The notes beneath the pieces were generated by a model. That model saw nothing but the letters and a program-made list of their open reading frames with translations. It was not told the origin of the DNA and did not search any database. A stretch of DNA of 64,000 nt, from positions 1,728,001 to 1,792,000 of the forward strand of contig CP147778.1 of the NCBI GenBank assembly GCA_037305845.1, read 5' to 3'. The position numbers were made by a program, and so were the translations under genes. This DNA is from Candidatus Freyarchaeum deiterrae. GTDB taxonomy: Archaea > Asgardarchaeota > Jordiarchaeia > Jordiarchaeales > Jordiarchaeaceae. Numbering within the stretch: position 1 is the first letter of the stretch; the number at the start of each line of letters is the position of its first letter. Shown here in pieces: positions 19,801 to 29,222 of the stretch.

Positions 19801-20322
19801 CCGGTCCAAGTGAAGAAGTCTTCTAACGAAATCAGCCACAAGAACCGTTTTAGCTTGCTCAGTCCCCCCAGCGGATCTTATAGGCCCTGCGAAGTAAACT
19901 GCGAGATACTCCGTATTATCAGAATTCTTTTTAATCTTAACATCCGCTATTCCTTCAATGGGAGCTGCGGTAACCCCTTGGGTCAATAAAGCTAATGCCA
20001 AACGAATGGCTTTATCAGCAACTTCTTTTTCATCATTTAAATCTCCAAATTTTCCATAGACTGTCTCTTCCGCAATCTTAAAAGCTACTTCATCTCTAGT
20101 CATTTTTACGCTTAGTTCACGGATGCGATCAGCTACACCCTTAAACCCAATCAGTCCTTCAACTCTAGCTGCTACATCTCTTGCAGTCAAGATCTCAGGT
20201 TCGATAGAAGGATCAAATCCTCTACTACGCGCTTCACTTGCTAACTTGTACAAATTCTCAAAGTTACTTTCTATTGTCTTAAAGTATTCTTGCATCTCTT
20301 TACTAGCATTCGGCATCAGCAC
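16891..20322 (-). CDS. polC: DNA polymerase D large subunit DP2 (no intein)
   Basis: AGPIRSAGGT, RMGRPEKA, catalytic KRRNCDGDED, multiple CxxC, C-terminal PIP-like QAKLSEFF. Confidence 0.97.
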   Translation of the reverse strand: MLMPNASKEMQEYFKTIESNFENLYKLASEARSRGFDPSIEPEILTARDVAARVEGLIGFKGVADRIRELSVKMTRDEVAFKIAEETVYGKFGDLNDEKEVADKAIRLALALLTQGVTAAPIEGIADVKIKKNSDNTEYLAVYFAGPIRSAGGTEQAKTVLVADFVRRLLHLDRYKPTDLEIERFVEEIDLYGHRVAHLQYPSTPDKIRMVMKNLPVEVTGEPTDKIEVSGHRNLPRIETNQLRGGAILVLNDGLIGKSSKLRKIVDRIGFEGWEWLSESKEEKEKFEVKPSATYLADVIAGRPVFGEPSAIGSFRPRYGRSRDTGLSAVGINPATMVILDEFLVSGTHIRTERPGKGAIVLPVDSIEGPIVKTLDGSVRRVNTIEEALEVVNKVDKILFLGDLLIAFGEFLENNHPLIPSGYCVEWWIQEFRKKINEKFGEDMQRASSFMGVNQERLKRIIEDYFYFVPTAKEALNISEALNLPLHPEYTYYWHDIHADEAMELKKWLDKVDASEQDEITAEVPQNVKEILERLGVPHRFENNKIIISEHAPILLRCLSKGKEVQKLALYQFGEGMSGLDVVKSLTDIPIREKAPIYIGARMGRPEKAKERKLSPPVHVLFPVGLEGGSTRNIVKAAERGVISVEIAKRRCPDCESVTFSNFCPSCKKRTLTVNTCLQCDFSSEATTCPKCGGKMHPYEGREINLKEEFQNALQRVGVETIKEVKGVQGLISESKVPEPLEKGILRAKHDLYVYKDGTLRFDATDAPITHFKPGEIAVPVEKLHELGYNRDYKGNPLENEEQIVELKPQDIIVSENCGDYLVALANFIDELLTKFYVLPSYYQVKSREDLVGHLIVGLAPHTSVGIVGRVIGFTKAQVCYAHPYWHAAKRRNCDGDEDAVMLALDPLLNFSKFFLPKKRGGMMDIPLVIAVRLDPQEVDSESHNMDVMDHYPLEFYEKTLQYEDPKKIEKSMDIVAHRLDTPEQYENFKFTHPTKNIFQGPPRSKYKELGTMMEKVQAQLELSTKIRASDPKSVATRIIQKHFIRDIAGNLKAFSTQRIRCLNCNKKYRRPPLQGKCPSCGGKIILTVHQAGIEKYLPFAIEISEKYDLAPYIKQRLKLLKQNIGLIFEEEKAKQAKLSEFF

Positions 20323-20671
20323 ATCTCCAACCTAAATAAAACAGCATCCTAGTATTTATAAAATTTTTACGATAAAATATAGCTTCTCTTTCTAATAAAA
20401 GACCTAAACCAGTATTCTCACAGGAGTGTCTATTAAGACGCTATGAAAAGCTTTATGTATCCTTTTTAATATCTGTATTGCTCCCAATAACCAAATTAAA
20501 AAAAGAAAGAAAGATTACTTAGTTAAATAAAACTAAAATAAGCTACAAGAATGGTTCCTTGAATTAGAATAGGCACGTTAAATTTCCCAGTTTATTGAAA
20601 AACTTTTTAAATATTGAATCAATATCCAAATTAAACTCCTAAATCCACTTCCAAAAATGGAGGATCTGATT

Positions 20672-21394
20672 ATGGGTAGACGGTTGATTGTTCAGAGACG
20701 CGGCAGAGGTGGTTCAAATTACCGAAATCCAGGCTTTAAACGGAGAGGTGAGGTTAAACTCCGTTCCACTAACGCTGATGACGTAACTTATGGCACAATT
20801 AAAGAATTAGTACACGAATCCGGAAGGGGCGCCCCACTTGCTAGAGTAAAGTTTGAAGATGGCAAGGAACAATGGGCTCTTATACCCGAGGGTTCCTTTA
20901 TAGGGCAAAGAATCGAATACGGTTCAAAAGCAGGTATAAAACTTGGTAACACTCTTCCTCTGCGACAAATTCCCGAAGGTACTCCTGTCTTTAACTTGGA
21001 AGGAGTTCCGGGCGATGGAGGAAAATTTGTTCGCTCTTCGGGGACATACGCCACAATCCTAACCCACAGTGCAGATAAGACAATGATTCGATTTCCGTCA
21101 AGCAAAGTAAGAGCGTTCAACCCTAATTGTAGAGCCACTATTGGAGTAGTCTCTGGAGGAGGCCGCACTGATAAACCATTCATGAAAGCAGGTAACGTAT
21201 TTCATCTCACAAAAGCAAAAAGCTGGCATTGGCCCCACGTACGTGGTGTAGCCATGAACGCAGCATCACACCCTCACGGTGGAGGAAGCCACCAGCATGT
21301 TGGAGGACCATCATCCGTTCCCAGAACCGCTCCCCCTGGCCAAAAAGTTGGCCTTATAGCTCCACGCAGAACTGGACGTAGGCAGCGGAAGTAA
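20672..21394 (+). CDS. rpl2: 50S ribosomal protein uL2
   Basis: QRRGRG, WPHVRGVAMN..HPHGGG, PPGQKVGLIAPRRTG; GGAGG upstream of ATG 20672. Confidence 0.97.
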   Translation: MGRRLIVQRRGRGGSNYRNPGFKRRGEVKLRSTNADDVTYGTIKELVHESGRGAPLARVKFEDGKEQWALIPEGSFIGQRIEYGSKAGIKLGNTLPLRQIPEGTPVFNLEGVPGDGGKFVRSSGTYATILTHSADKTMIRFPSSKVRAFNPNCRATIGVVSGGGRTDKPFMKAGNVFHLTKAKSWHWPHVRGVAMNAASHPHGGGSHQHVGGPSSVPRTAPPGQKVGLIAPRRTGRRQRK

Positions 21395-21517
21395 GTAGTT
21401 GAATGGTTTCTAAGAAGGATTGCAAATATTGTTGATTAACCATAAAAAATTTGAGGAAATTTATTATTATGATGATTTTGTTTCCATAGAATCTATTTGT
21501 TCAGGAGGCTAAACAAG

Positions 21518-22528
21518 TTGGGTCATAGAAAGACACATGCACCAAAGAGAGGAAGTTTAGCGTTCTTACCCAGAGGAAGAGCCTCTAGCCCCGCAGGACG
21601 CATTAGAACATGGCCTGAGTACGCCAAATCACCAACCATACTAGGCATCCCAGCATACAAAGCTGGAATGACACACATCCTACTAGTTGAAGATCAACCA
21701 CACAGTCCCTTTTTTGGACAGGAAAGAGTATTTCCTGTAACTATACTCGATGCTCCCCCCATAATAGTTTTTGGAGTAAGAGCTTACAATTTAACTCCAT
21801 ACGGTCTAAGTACTCTAACAGAAGTTTGGGCACCAGAACTGTCAAACGATCTTAAGCGAAAATTCACTCTCCCCCATAATTATGACTATGAGAAAGCTTT
21901 AAACCGCTTGGAGGAACAAAAAGGCAAAATATCCGAAATCCGTGCCTTAATACACACTCAACCGAGGCTAACAAGCGTACCTAAGAAAAAACCAGACGTC
22001 ATTGAACTTAAAATCGGTGGGGGTTCAATAGAGGAACAGATAAACTACAGCAAGCAAATTCTAGGTAAACAAATCAGAATTGGTGAAATCTTCAAAGATG
22101 GGCAGTATGCTGATGTTATTGCAGTAAGTAAGGGAAAAGGTTTTCAAGGACCAGTTAAAAGATGGGGAGTACGTATGCTCCAGAACAAATCTCGAAAAAC
22201 GGTGAGAGGAGTAGGCGCCATCGGACCATGGAGGCCAGCCAGAGTACTCTACACTGTTCCTCGAGCAGGACAAATGGGTTATCATCAGCGTACAGAATAC
22301 AATAAAAGAATTTTAAAAATAGGTGAGAGAGGAGAAGAGGTTTCCCCCCATGGAGGATTTATCCGTTATGGCATAGTTCGAGGAGATTACCTCCTAATAC
22401 AAGGTTCAGTTCCCGGACCCTCAAAACGTCTCATAACTCTTCGATATCCACTACGCCCACCAACCAGTATACCCGAAAAACCACCCCTAATTTCTTATAT
22501 AAGCATCGAATCTAAACAAGGAGATTAA
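21518..22528 (+). CDS. rpl3: 50S ribosomal protein uL3
   Basis: PKRGSLAFLPR, YKAGMTH, KGKGFQGPVKRWG, GQMGYHQRTEYNK; AGGAGG before TTG 21518. Confidence 0.97.
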   Translation: MGHRKTHAPKRGSLAFLPRGRASSPAGRIRTWPEYAKSPTILGIPAYKAGMTHILLVEDQPHSPFFGQERVFPVTILDAPPIIVFGVRAYNLTPYGLSTLTEVWAPELSNDLKRKFTLPHNYDYEKALNRLEEQKGKISEIRALIHTQPRLTSVPKKKPDVIELKIGGGSIEEQINYSKQILGKQIRIGEIFKDGQYADVIAVSKGKGFQGPVKRWGVRMLQNKSRKTVRGVGAIGPWRPARVLYTVPRAGQMGYHQRTEYNKRILKIGERGEEVSPHGGFIRYGIVRGDYLLIQGSVPGPSKRLITLRYPLRPPTSIPEKPPLISYISIESKQGD

Positions 22529-22542
22529 AGGAAGCGAAGCAA

Positions 22543-23331
22543 TTGGCTAAAAAAGTTAACGTGTATGGAATTAACGGTGAACCATTACGTTCTATTAAAC
22601 TGCCAGACGTATTCGATACACCCTACCGACCAGATATAATTAAAAGAGCAGTCCTATCTTCGAGATTCGCAAGGATTCAGCCGTACGGCGTAGATAAAAT
22701 GGCGGGTAAGCATACAACCGCCGAGTCTCGAGGACCCGGAATGGGTATTTCTAGAACTCCCCGAGTAAAGGGATCACAATACCCCGCGGCTATGCGTGGA
22801 GGACTAGTAACTATGGCTGTGGGGGGCAGAAGAGCGCATCCCCCAAAACCAGAGAAGGTTTGGTCCGAAAAAATCAACAAAAAAGAACGAAGAATAGCGA
22901 TTCGTTCAGCTATAGCTGCAACTGCTAACCCCGAATTGGTTAAAGGAAGAGGCCACGTAATCGAGAATGTAAAAGAACTGCCCTTAATAGTGTCTGACGA
23001 ATTTCAAGCTATTAGTGCATCTTCCGCAACCAGAGATCTCTTCGTAACGTTAGGTGTTTGGTCTGATATTCAGAGAGCCAAAGAAGGTAAAAAAATCAGA
23101 GCGGGAAAAGGAAAAACACGTGGTAGAAAGTACAAGAAACCAAAAAGCGTACTCATAGTAATAAATGAAGATCAAGGGATAGTGAAAGCCTCGAGAAATC
23201 AAGCAGGCTTAGACATAGTAAACATAAGGAACCTAAACGCTGAATTATTAGCACCAGGGACCAATCCCGGAAGGCTAACTATATGGACTGAATCCGCTGT
23301 TAAACAACTCGAAAACCTGTTCACAGTGTAG
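22543..23331 (+). CDS. rpl4: 50S ribosomal protein uL4
   Basis: RPDII, TTAES.G.G, GGRRAHPP, IRAGKGK.RGR, LAPGT.PGRL. Confidence 0.97.
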   Translation: MAKKVNVYGINGEPLRSIKLPDVFDTPYRPDIIKRAVLSSRFARIQPYGVDKMAGKHTTAESRGPGMGISRTPRVKGSQYPAAMRGGLVTMAVGGRRAHPPKPEKVWSEKINKKERRIAIRSAIAATANPELVKGRGHVIENVKELPLIVSDEFQAISASSATRDLFVTLGVWSDIQRAKEGKKIRAGKGKTRGRKYKKPKSVLIVINEDQGIVKASRNQAGLDIVNIRNLNAELLAPGTNPGRLTIWTESAVKQLENLFTV

Positions 23332-23544
23332 AAGCCCATTTGAATTTGATTTGACTATTTCATTTTTTCATTAATAATATACATTTTCTCGTTTTTATTT
23401 TATCTCCTTATTATTGGTCACGTTATCAAAATAAGTAGACCCTCATGTGACGTGTAGTACTTATTATCAGGACTGCTTGTGTAGCAGGAAATCACCAAAA
23501 AATTATCTAAAAATCAAATGTATTCAAAAAAAGAAATTGGGTTG

Positions 23545-25122
23545 TTACGATGAGCTATTACTCCTATTATGATTTCTGTCGGAAGCTAGCATGCGATTAA
23601 CAGCATTAATAAGAGCTTGCACACTTGCACTAACTATATCTTCATTTGCCGCTCTTGCTGTGTATAATTTATCTTTGCTGTCTTTTATCTTAACCGTAAC
23701 AAAACCCAATGCTTCGGTACCGCCTGTTATAGCCTCCAAATTATACTCAACTAAAGACATCTCTCCGAATGCTTTTACCGCCTTCTGTAAGGCGTTGTAA
23801 GCTGCATCCACTGGCCCTACTCCTAGATCGGAAACAAGTTTTTCTTCTTCTCCTACTTGTATGCGAACGGTTGCTGTGGGGGTAATATTTAATCCGGTGA
23901 CTACCATAAATTCTTTTAGTTTTAGATATTGTTCTTTTTCAGATACTCTGCCAATGATATCATCTGCTACAGCTTCTAAATCTAAGTCGGTAACGTTTTT
24001 TCCTTTATCCCCCAGTTGTTTAATCTTTTCCATTATTTCTCCTAACTGTTCATCTGTATAGATATAGCCGTAACTATCCAGCTTAGCTTTCAGAGAATGT
24101 CTTCCGGTATGTTTTCCAATTACTATAGATGAAAGGGCGATGTCTTGGTCGCTTCTATTTATTCCTATTGTTTCTGGCGTGATCGGTTCATAAGTTTGAG
24201 GGTTTACTAGTACCGCGTGTGCGTGAATGCCGCTTTTATGGCGGAAAGCATTCTCTCCAACAATTGCTTTATTAGGTGGAATTTTTATACCGCTTAAATT
24301 TTCAATAAGCTTTGAAGTTTCAAAAATGTGCTTAGTTTTAATGTTTGTTTTAATTCCATACAGAGCAATTAGTGACATGACAGTTTCTTCTAAAGAAGCA
24401 TTGCCAGCTCTTTCCCCTATGCCATTAACAGTTACGTGAACCTGTTTAGCTCCCATCTCTACAGCAGCTAAGGCGTTAGCTACCGATAAGCCAAAATCGT
24501 CATGAGTGTGCACCGATATTATTGTATCGCTCTTTACAACTCCCATTAACTCCTTTACAAGATACGCGTAAGCTCGGGGTGTAGTGCACCCTACTGTGTC
24601 TGGTATATTAATTACATCAGCGCCAGCTTTAACAACCTCTCCATTAATCTCTTTTAGGAAGTTCAAATCGCTTCTGGTAGCATCTTCCGAGGAGAATTCA
24701 ACTTTTAATCCGTGTTCCTTAGCATACCTAACCGATTCAACAGCACTATTCAACACTTGTTCCCGAGTCATTTTCAGTTTTTCTTTCATATGCAAATCCG
24801 ATGTAGCTATAAAAATATGAACTCGATTAACACCACAATCAATAGCTAAATCTATCTCTTTCTGGTTAGTCCTAGCCAGCGCACAAATTTCTGAATTTAA
24901 CCCTAGCTTGGCTATTTCACGAATAGCTTCTTCTTCGCCTTTAGAAACCGGGGGCATTCCTGCTTCAATAACATCTACACCCAGTTTTGCGAGTTGTTCC
25001 GCGATGGCTTTTTTCTCATTCACAGTAAAAGAAATCCCAGGAGTCTGTTCACCATCACGCATAGTGGTGTCAAAAATGAATACTTCTTTTGGTAGATTTA
25101 ATTCCGAAGATACATCACTCAT
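23545..25122 (-). CDS. leuA: 2-isopropylmalate synthase (LeuA/CimA family) with regulatory domain
   Basis: FDTTMRDGEQ, PDTVG, HTHDDFG, GIGERAGN, GVGPVDA; citramalate synthase not excluded. Confidence 0.85.
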   Translation of the reverse strand: MSDVSSELNLPKEVFIFDTTMRDGEQTPGISFTVNEKKAIAEQLAKLGVDVIEAGMPPVSKGEEEAIREIAKLGLNSEICALARTNQKEIDLAIDCGVNRVHIFIATSDLHMKEKLKMTREQVLNSAVESVRYAKEHGLKVEFSSEDATRSDLNFLKEINGEVVKAGADVINIPDTVGCTTPRAYAYLVKELMGVVKSDTIISVHTHDDFGLSVANALAAVEMGAKQVHVTVNGIGERAGNASLEETVMSLIALYGIKTNIKTKHIFETSKLIENLSGIKIPPNKAIVGENAFRHKSGIHAHAVLVNPQTYEPITPETIGINRSDQDIALSSIVIGKHTGRHSLKAKLDSYGYIYTDEQLGEIMEKIKQLGDKGKNVTDLDLEAVADDIIGRVSEKEQYLKLKEFMVVTGLNITPTATVRIQVGEEEKLVSDLGVGPVDAAYNALQKAVKAFGEMSLVEYNLEAITGGTEALGFVTVKIKDSKDKLYTARAANEDIVSASVQALINAVNRMLASDRNHNRSNSSS

Positions 25123-25396
25123 AAATTGGCTGACAAAGAAAATCAGGCCTCCTCATAAGTTAGCCTCCATAAAATCTTGATTATAATCCATAACAAACTA
25201 CTCCAATTTAACTATTACGCGCAATAAATTTTGACTATAAACCTAAATTCAGGTGAAATATAATACACGTAGCACACTGCAAGATAGAGTTACACTAATA
25301 CCATATATCTTTTACCTGATAATTTTCAATTAAAATTAAGTAGAGGGAGGTTATCCTCCCCGTGGATCCTTTAGTAGTGTCTATGTTCTTCCGAAA

Positions 25397-25900
25397 TCAA
25401 AGCATTTTTAGTTGTAGTCCTTCTTCAACTGTTTCTTTTTGTACATTTTTGAATCCAAGATTATCTACAAATTGTAGAACTGTGTTTGGTACGAATTTAT
25501 TCTCCCTTATGCTGTCGGTATACACTTTACGCGCTACCATCTTGCCGATGTATGTAAGTAACACTGGAACGCCTTTATTCTCTTTGTTTCCTGCTGTTAT
25601 CAGCCCCGCTTTTTTTAGTCTCTTCAGATTCCACCTAGCTGTTGATTTAGGCATTTCAAATTTTTCTGCTATTTCTTCAGCGAGTCTTGTGAAAACTGTA
25701 GTATCCTCTAGGTTAGAAATGTACATCAAGATTTCTTTTTGTTTTTTTGTCAATGCAATAGAAGCTAGTTTCTCAATGCCTTCCCTTAGTAAGGAAAATT
25801 CCTTCAGAAAATTCTTTTTCAGGGAACTCAAAAGAAAACTCTTGTTCTCTTTATTTCCATCTTTCAAAAACAGATTTATACTCTCAATAAGAGAGTCCAT
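25397..25900 (-). CDS. winged-HTH transcriptional regulator
   Basis: LTKKQKEIL...LAEEIAEKFEMPKSTARWNLKRLKKAGLI...LTYIG. Confidence 0.75.
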   Translation of the reverse strand: MDSLIESINLFLKDGNKENKSFLLSSLKKNFLKEFSLLREGIEKLASIALTKKQKEILMYISNLEDTTVFTRLAEEIAEKFEMPKSTARWNLKRLKKAGLITAGNKENKGVPVLLTYIGKMVARKVYTDSIRENKFVPNTVLQFVDNLGFKNVQKETVEEGLQLKML

Positions 25901-26466
25901 TTTGTTTAATAGTTCGAAGATATCCGTTTCAGCGAATTTCGTTAACCCTCCAACTATGGAGGAAATAACACCCCTGCAATCTTTTCACCTCACGTATTAT
26001 CAATCAATGAAAGGGTGCCTGAATATAATAATATAAGGAAAGAATCAAGAATAGTATATATATTTTATGCTATTTTACCGCTTTGCATCTTTATTTTTTA
26101 ACATGATTAAAGCAACTTTTCTTGTTGAAAATATGAATATTTCATTTTTGGTTTACTCACCCAAGTATTACTAATTTTTTTAAATGAAACTCAAAACAGT
26201 AATGGTAATAACCAATAACCTAAGAGGCCTTTACAACACTCGAATTGGCGCTATTACCTTCCAAAGTAGCTGTCCACGAGGAATCTATATAAATATTTAA
26301 AAAAATTTATATATCCCTATCAGAATATTCTACTATAATATTTTAGAGTATTCTATCAAAAAAATTTTAGTAACCTAAGTGAAAGGCATACAACACCATC
26401 TTGGCTGTTAAAAAACATAGGCTTTATATTGTGTTCTGAAAAATAGAGAGGAGGACGTAGATATAA

Positions 26467-26757
26467 ATGAAACCAAAGAATTTGCTCGTATTTACGCAGA
26501 AGAATTGCCCAAACTGTCCAGCAATGAAAGAAATTGTTTTTGAGGTTGGCAGAAAATTAAGCATCCCAGTTAAGTTGGTTGATATCTCTGACCATTTGCC
26601 AGAACAGCTGGAGTTCGATTTACTACAAAACCAAATTTACATTTCGTCAACTCCTTCTGTAATATTGGTAAATGAAGATGACTCTATGAACGAATTAGTG
26701 TTGGGAGAAATTGTCCACTATGATGAATTGGAGAGGCGAATATTAAACGAGGAGTGA
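26467..26757 (+). CDS. thioredoxin/NrdH-like redoxin
   Basis: CPNC active site, STP cis-Pro motif; overlaps the nrdD start. Confidence 0.85.
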   Translation: MKPKNLLVFTQKNCPNCPAMKEIVFEVGRKLSIPVKLVDISDHLPEQLEFDLLQNQIYISSTPSVILVNEDDSMNELVLGEIVHYDELERRILNEE

Positions 26758-29144
26758 TTTTTATGTCTAACTCTAGTCATTCATCAAGAAAAGGGGAAGA
26801 GGTTCCGTTTGAATCCCAAAGTAATGGGGATTTTATCCATTCTTTAATACCACCTGTGAGAACTTCGAGAGGAATGATTGAGGACTTTGATGTATCAAAA
26901 ATAATTCAAAGTCTCGTTAAAGAAACTGGAATCGAAAAGGAAAGGGCGGCTGAAGTAGCAAAAAGAGTTGTACAGCGTATTATCTCTTCGAATATTCAGT
27001 GGCTGTCAAGCCCTATGATACGGGAGATGGCCTGCTCAGTATTAGCTGAAATGGGTATGATCGAAGCGAGAAAACTGTACACAAGAATCGGAGTGCCAAT
27101 GTACGACTTGAACGAAATGATAGTTAATCCACTCAAACATACGTGGAATGCAAACCTGCAAATAAATCCGGAAACAGTCGCAAAAATAGTTTACGATCGA
27201 GTTATGACCGAGCATACCTATCTAACACTTCCAGGAGATTTAGAAGTTGAAGTTCCTACTGGTAAAACTTTAAGATTCAAAACTAACCTAGCAGATGCTC
27301 ATCTGCTGGGGGACTACTATCATAAGGATAGGGAGTATACAAGTATAAGGGACTACTGTGCTTCTTGGGATCCAAGATTATTCATGATTTTAGGATTAGA
27401 GCCGGACGGGTTACAAGGTGCTCACTCATCAAGCGCTTATCCCGCTAAACACTTGATAGTTTTTACAAATCATGCTGCGATATGGCTCGCCTCATGGCAA
27501 AGTAATATGTCCGGGGGGCAAGGATTCCACAATTGGATGGAATCAATTGCATGGTATCTGAGAGGATTAAAACAGGAAGAACTCACAAGCGCAGCTCAAA
27601 GCTTAGTATCCAGTATGAATCCCACCACGTTAAATATTAACAATGAACTATACGCCAAATTCGCTCAGATTCCAAAGCAGATAATAGACTCCATAGTCGC
27701 TTACACCATGAAAAGCTTCCATGAGAAAGAAGTCGAACAAGCTTCCCAACACACGCCTTTCATTGCCACTCAACAATATGTTGCCCGCGGCGGTCAGGTA
27801 CCTTTCACCTCCATTGATATTGGCCCCGGTATTAAAAAAGAATTCATGGATGAGCCAGTAATTATGCCTGGTGGAAAAACTAGTGAACGCTATGTTTACG
27901 GAGATTTCACCGAAGAGATTAAAAATTACTTTATAACACTAATGAAAACAATGTATAACGGTGACAGGCATGGTAAACTTTTCAATTATCCTAAGGTTAA
28001 CATAGAACTTCGCGAGGAGTGGATGAAACCAGAATTCGAGGAAGCTTACCTGTGGGCTGCAAAGTTAACCTCAAAGTACGGTCTTCCCTATTTTGTCAAC
28101 TACCTTAACTGGAGAAGAAAAATCATTGGTGGATGTGTGTCCTGCTGCTCTCACACTTGGGCTGCAGACACTCCAGAACAAAAGGAAGAGTATCTCTCGG
28201 GAAATGCGGTATATGGCGCCATTCAAATGGATACTCCAAATCCTGTTGCTAGCGCAGCAAGGACAGTTGGACAGGATGAGAGCAAATTTTTCGAAGACTT
28301 TACACAAATAATAAATAATGTAATTATACCAAGCCTTCTCAACCGATATAAAATTATTAACAGAATTAAAAAATTGGGATTAGCCCCGCTTTACAATGTT
28401 AAACGCCCAAATGGAAGGGATATGATTGTCCCCGAAGAGCGGAAGCTTCTCATAGGAACCATAGGTTTTGCTGAAATGACCGAGATAGCGGTTGGCTATC
28501 CGCTTTGGCATGAAGAAGGCATGAAGTTCGCACTAAAGGTTATTAAACATATGAAGTCATTAGCTGATGAGTGGTCAGAAGAAACTGGTCTTTCAATACA
28601 AGTAACTAGAACACCCGCGGAGTCAGCTGCTGGCAGACTTGCCAAAATAATGTATGAAAGATATCCCGAAGTCCGTCCATTCCTTAGAGGCAGTTATCCA
28701 AATGTTTATCTAACAAACTCGGTTCACCAGCCGGTGGATGCTGATATACCTTTATCAGAAAGAATAAAGAAAGAGGCAATGTTCGCCCCATCTCTCGGGG
28801 GAGGTTTCCTTCAACATATCTTTCTAGACGATACTTATCCCGACCCAGAAGCCCTTTGGAAATTCATTCAGAAAATAGCTAGAAACACTCTCACCGCTTA
28901 TTTTGATTTCACAATCGATATGTGGAATTGTAGCGACTGCCACAGTCAAGGAAGAATGGATTGGAAACAGAACCAATTCAGTTCTATAGAAGAACTTCTT
29001 AACTTTAAATGTCCAAAATGTGGAAGCCCTAACGCAGAGATTCTTTCAAGGATAACAGGATACCTTCAAGGACTCAAAGGAACTTGGAATGATCCCAAGA
29101 AACAAGAGTTTCTAGAACGTAGGAGATATAATCTAAATATTTAA
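26754..29144 (+). CDS. nrdD: class III anaerobic ribonucleoside-triphosphate reductase with ATP cone
   Basis: N-terminal ATP cone, SGGQG, TPAES, YLTNS, CxxC..CPKC, glycyl radical motif RITGY. Confidence 0.92.
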   Translation: MIFMSNSSHSSRKGEEVPFESQSNGDFIHSLIPPVRTSRGMIEDFDVSKIIQSLVKETGIEKERAAEVAKRVVQRIISSNIQWLSSPMIREMACSVLAEMGMIEARKLYTRIGVPMYDLNEMIVNPLKHTWNANLQINPETVAKIVYDRVMTEHTYLTLPGDLEVEVPTGKTLRFKTNLADAHLLGDYYHKDREYTSIRDYCASWDPRLFMILGLEPDGLQGAHSSSAYPAKHLIVFTNHAAIWLASWQSNMSGGQGFHNWMESIAWYLRGLKQEELTSAAQSLVSSMNPTTLNINNELYAKFAQIPKQIIDSIVAYTMKSFHEKEVEQASQHTPFIATQQYVARGGQVPFTSIDIGPGIKKEFMDEPVIMPGGKTSERYVYGDFTEEIKNYFITLMKTMYNGDRHGKLFNYPKVNIELREEWMKPEFEEAYLWAAKLTSKYGLPYFVNYLNWRRKIIGGCVSCCSHTWAADTPEQKEEYLSGNAVYGAIQMDTPNPVASAARTVGQDESKFFEDFTQIINNVIIPSLLNRYKIINRIKKLGLAPLYNVKRPNGRDMIVPEERKLLIGTIGFAEMTEIAVGYPLWHEEGMKFALKVIKHMKSLADEWSEETGLSIQVTRTPAESAAGRLAKIMYERYPEVRPFLRGSYPNVYLTNSVHQPVDADIPLSERIKKEAMFAPSLGGGFLQHIFLDDTYPDPEALWKFIQKIARNTLTAYFDFTIDMWNCSDCHSQGRMDWKQNQFSSIEELLNFKCPKCGSPNAEILSRITGYLQGLKGTWNDPKKQEFLERRRYNLNI

Positions 29145-29222
29145 CACATTTCCATTCTTTTTTTAATTTTAAAACCATCCAAATAGTTTAATAAAATCTT
29201 TTGGAATTTCTTTTCTGAACCT

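Noticed and set aside
16891-20322. Inteins in DP2 (also considered for NrdD and Lon)
   Set aside because: Lengths are normal, and no intein splice motifs or LAGLIDADG blocks were seen.
23410-23500. Small hairpin CTGCTTGTGTAGCAG and TGA-containing boxes between rpl4 and leuA as a C/D sRNA
   Set aside because: Box spacing and terminal stem do not fit; at most a terminator-like hairpin.
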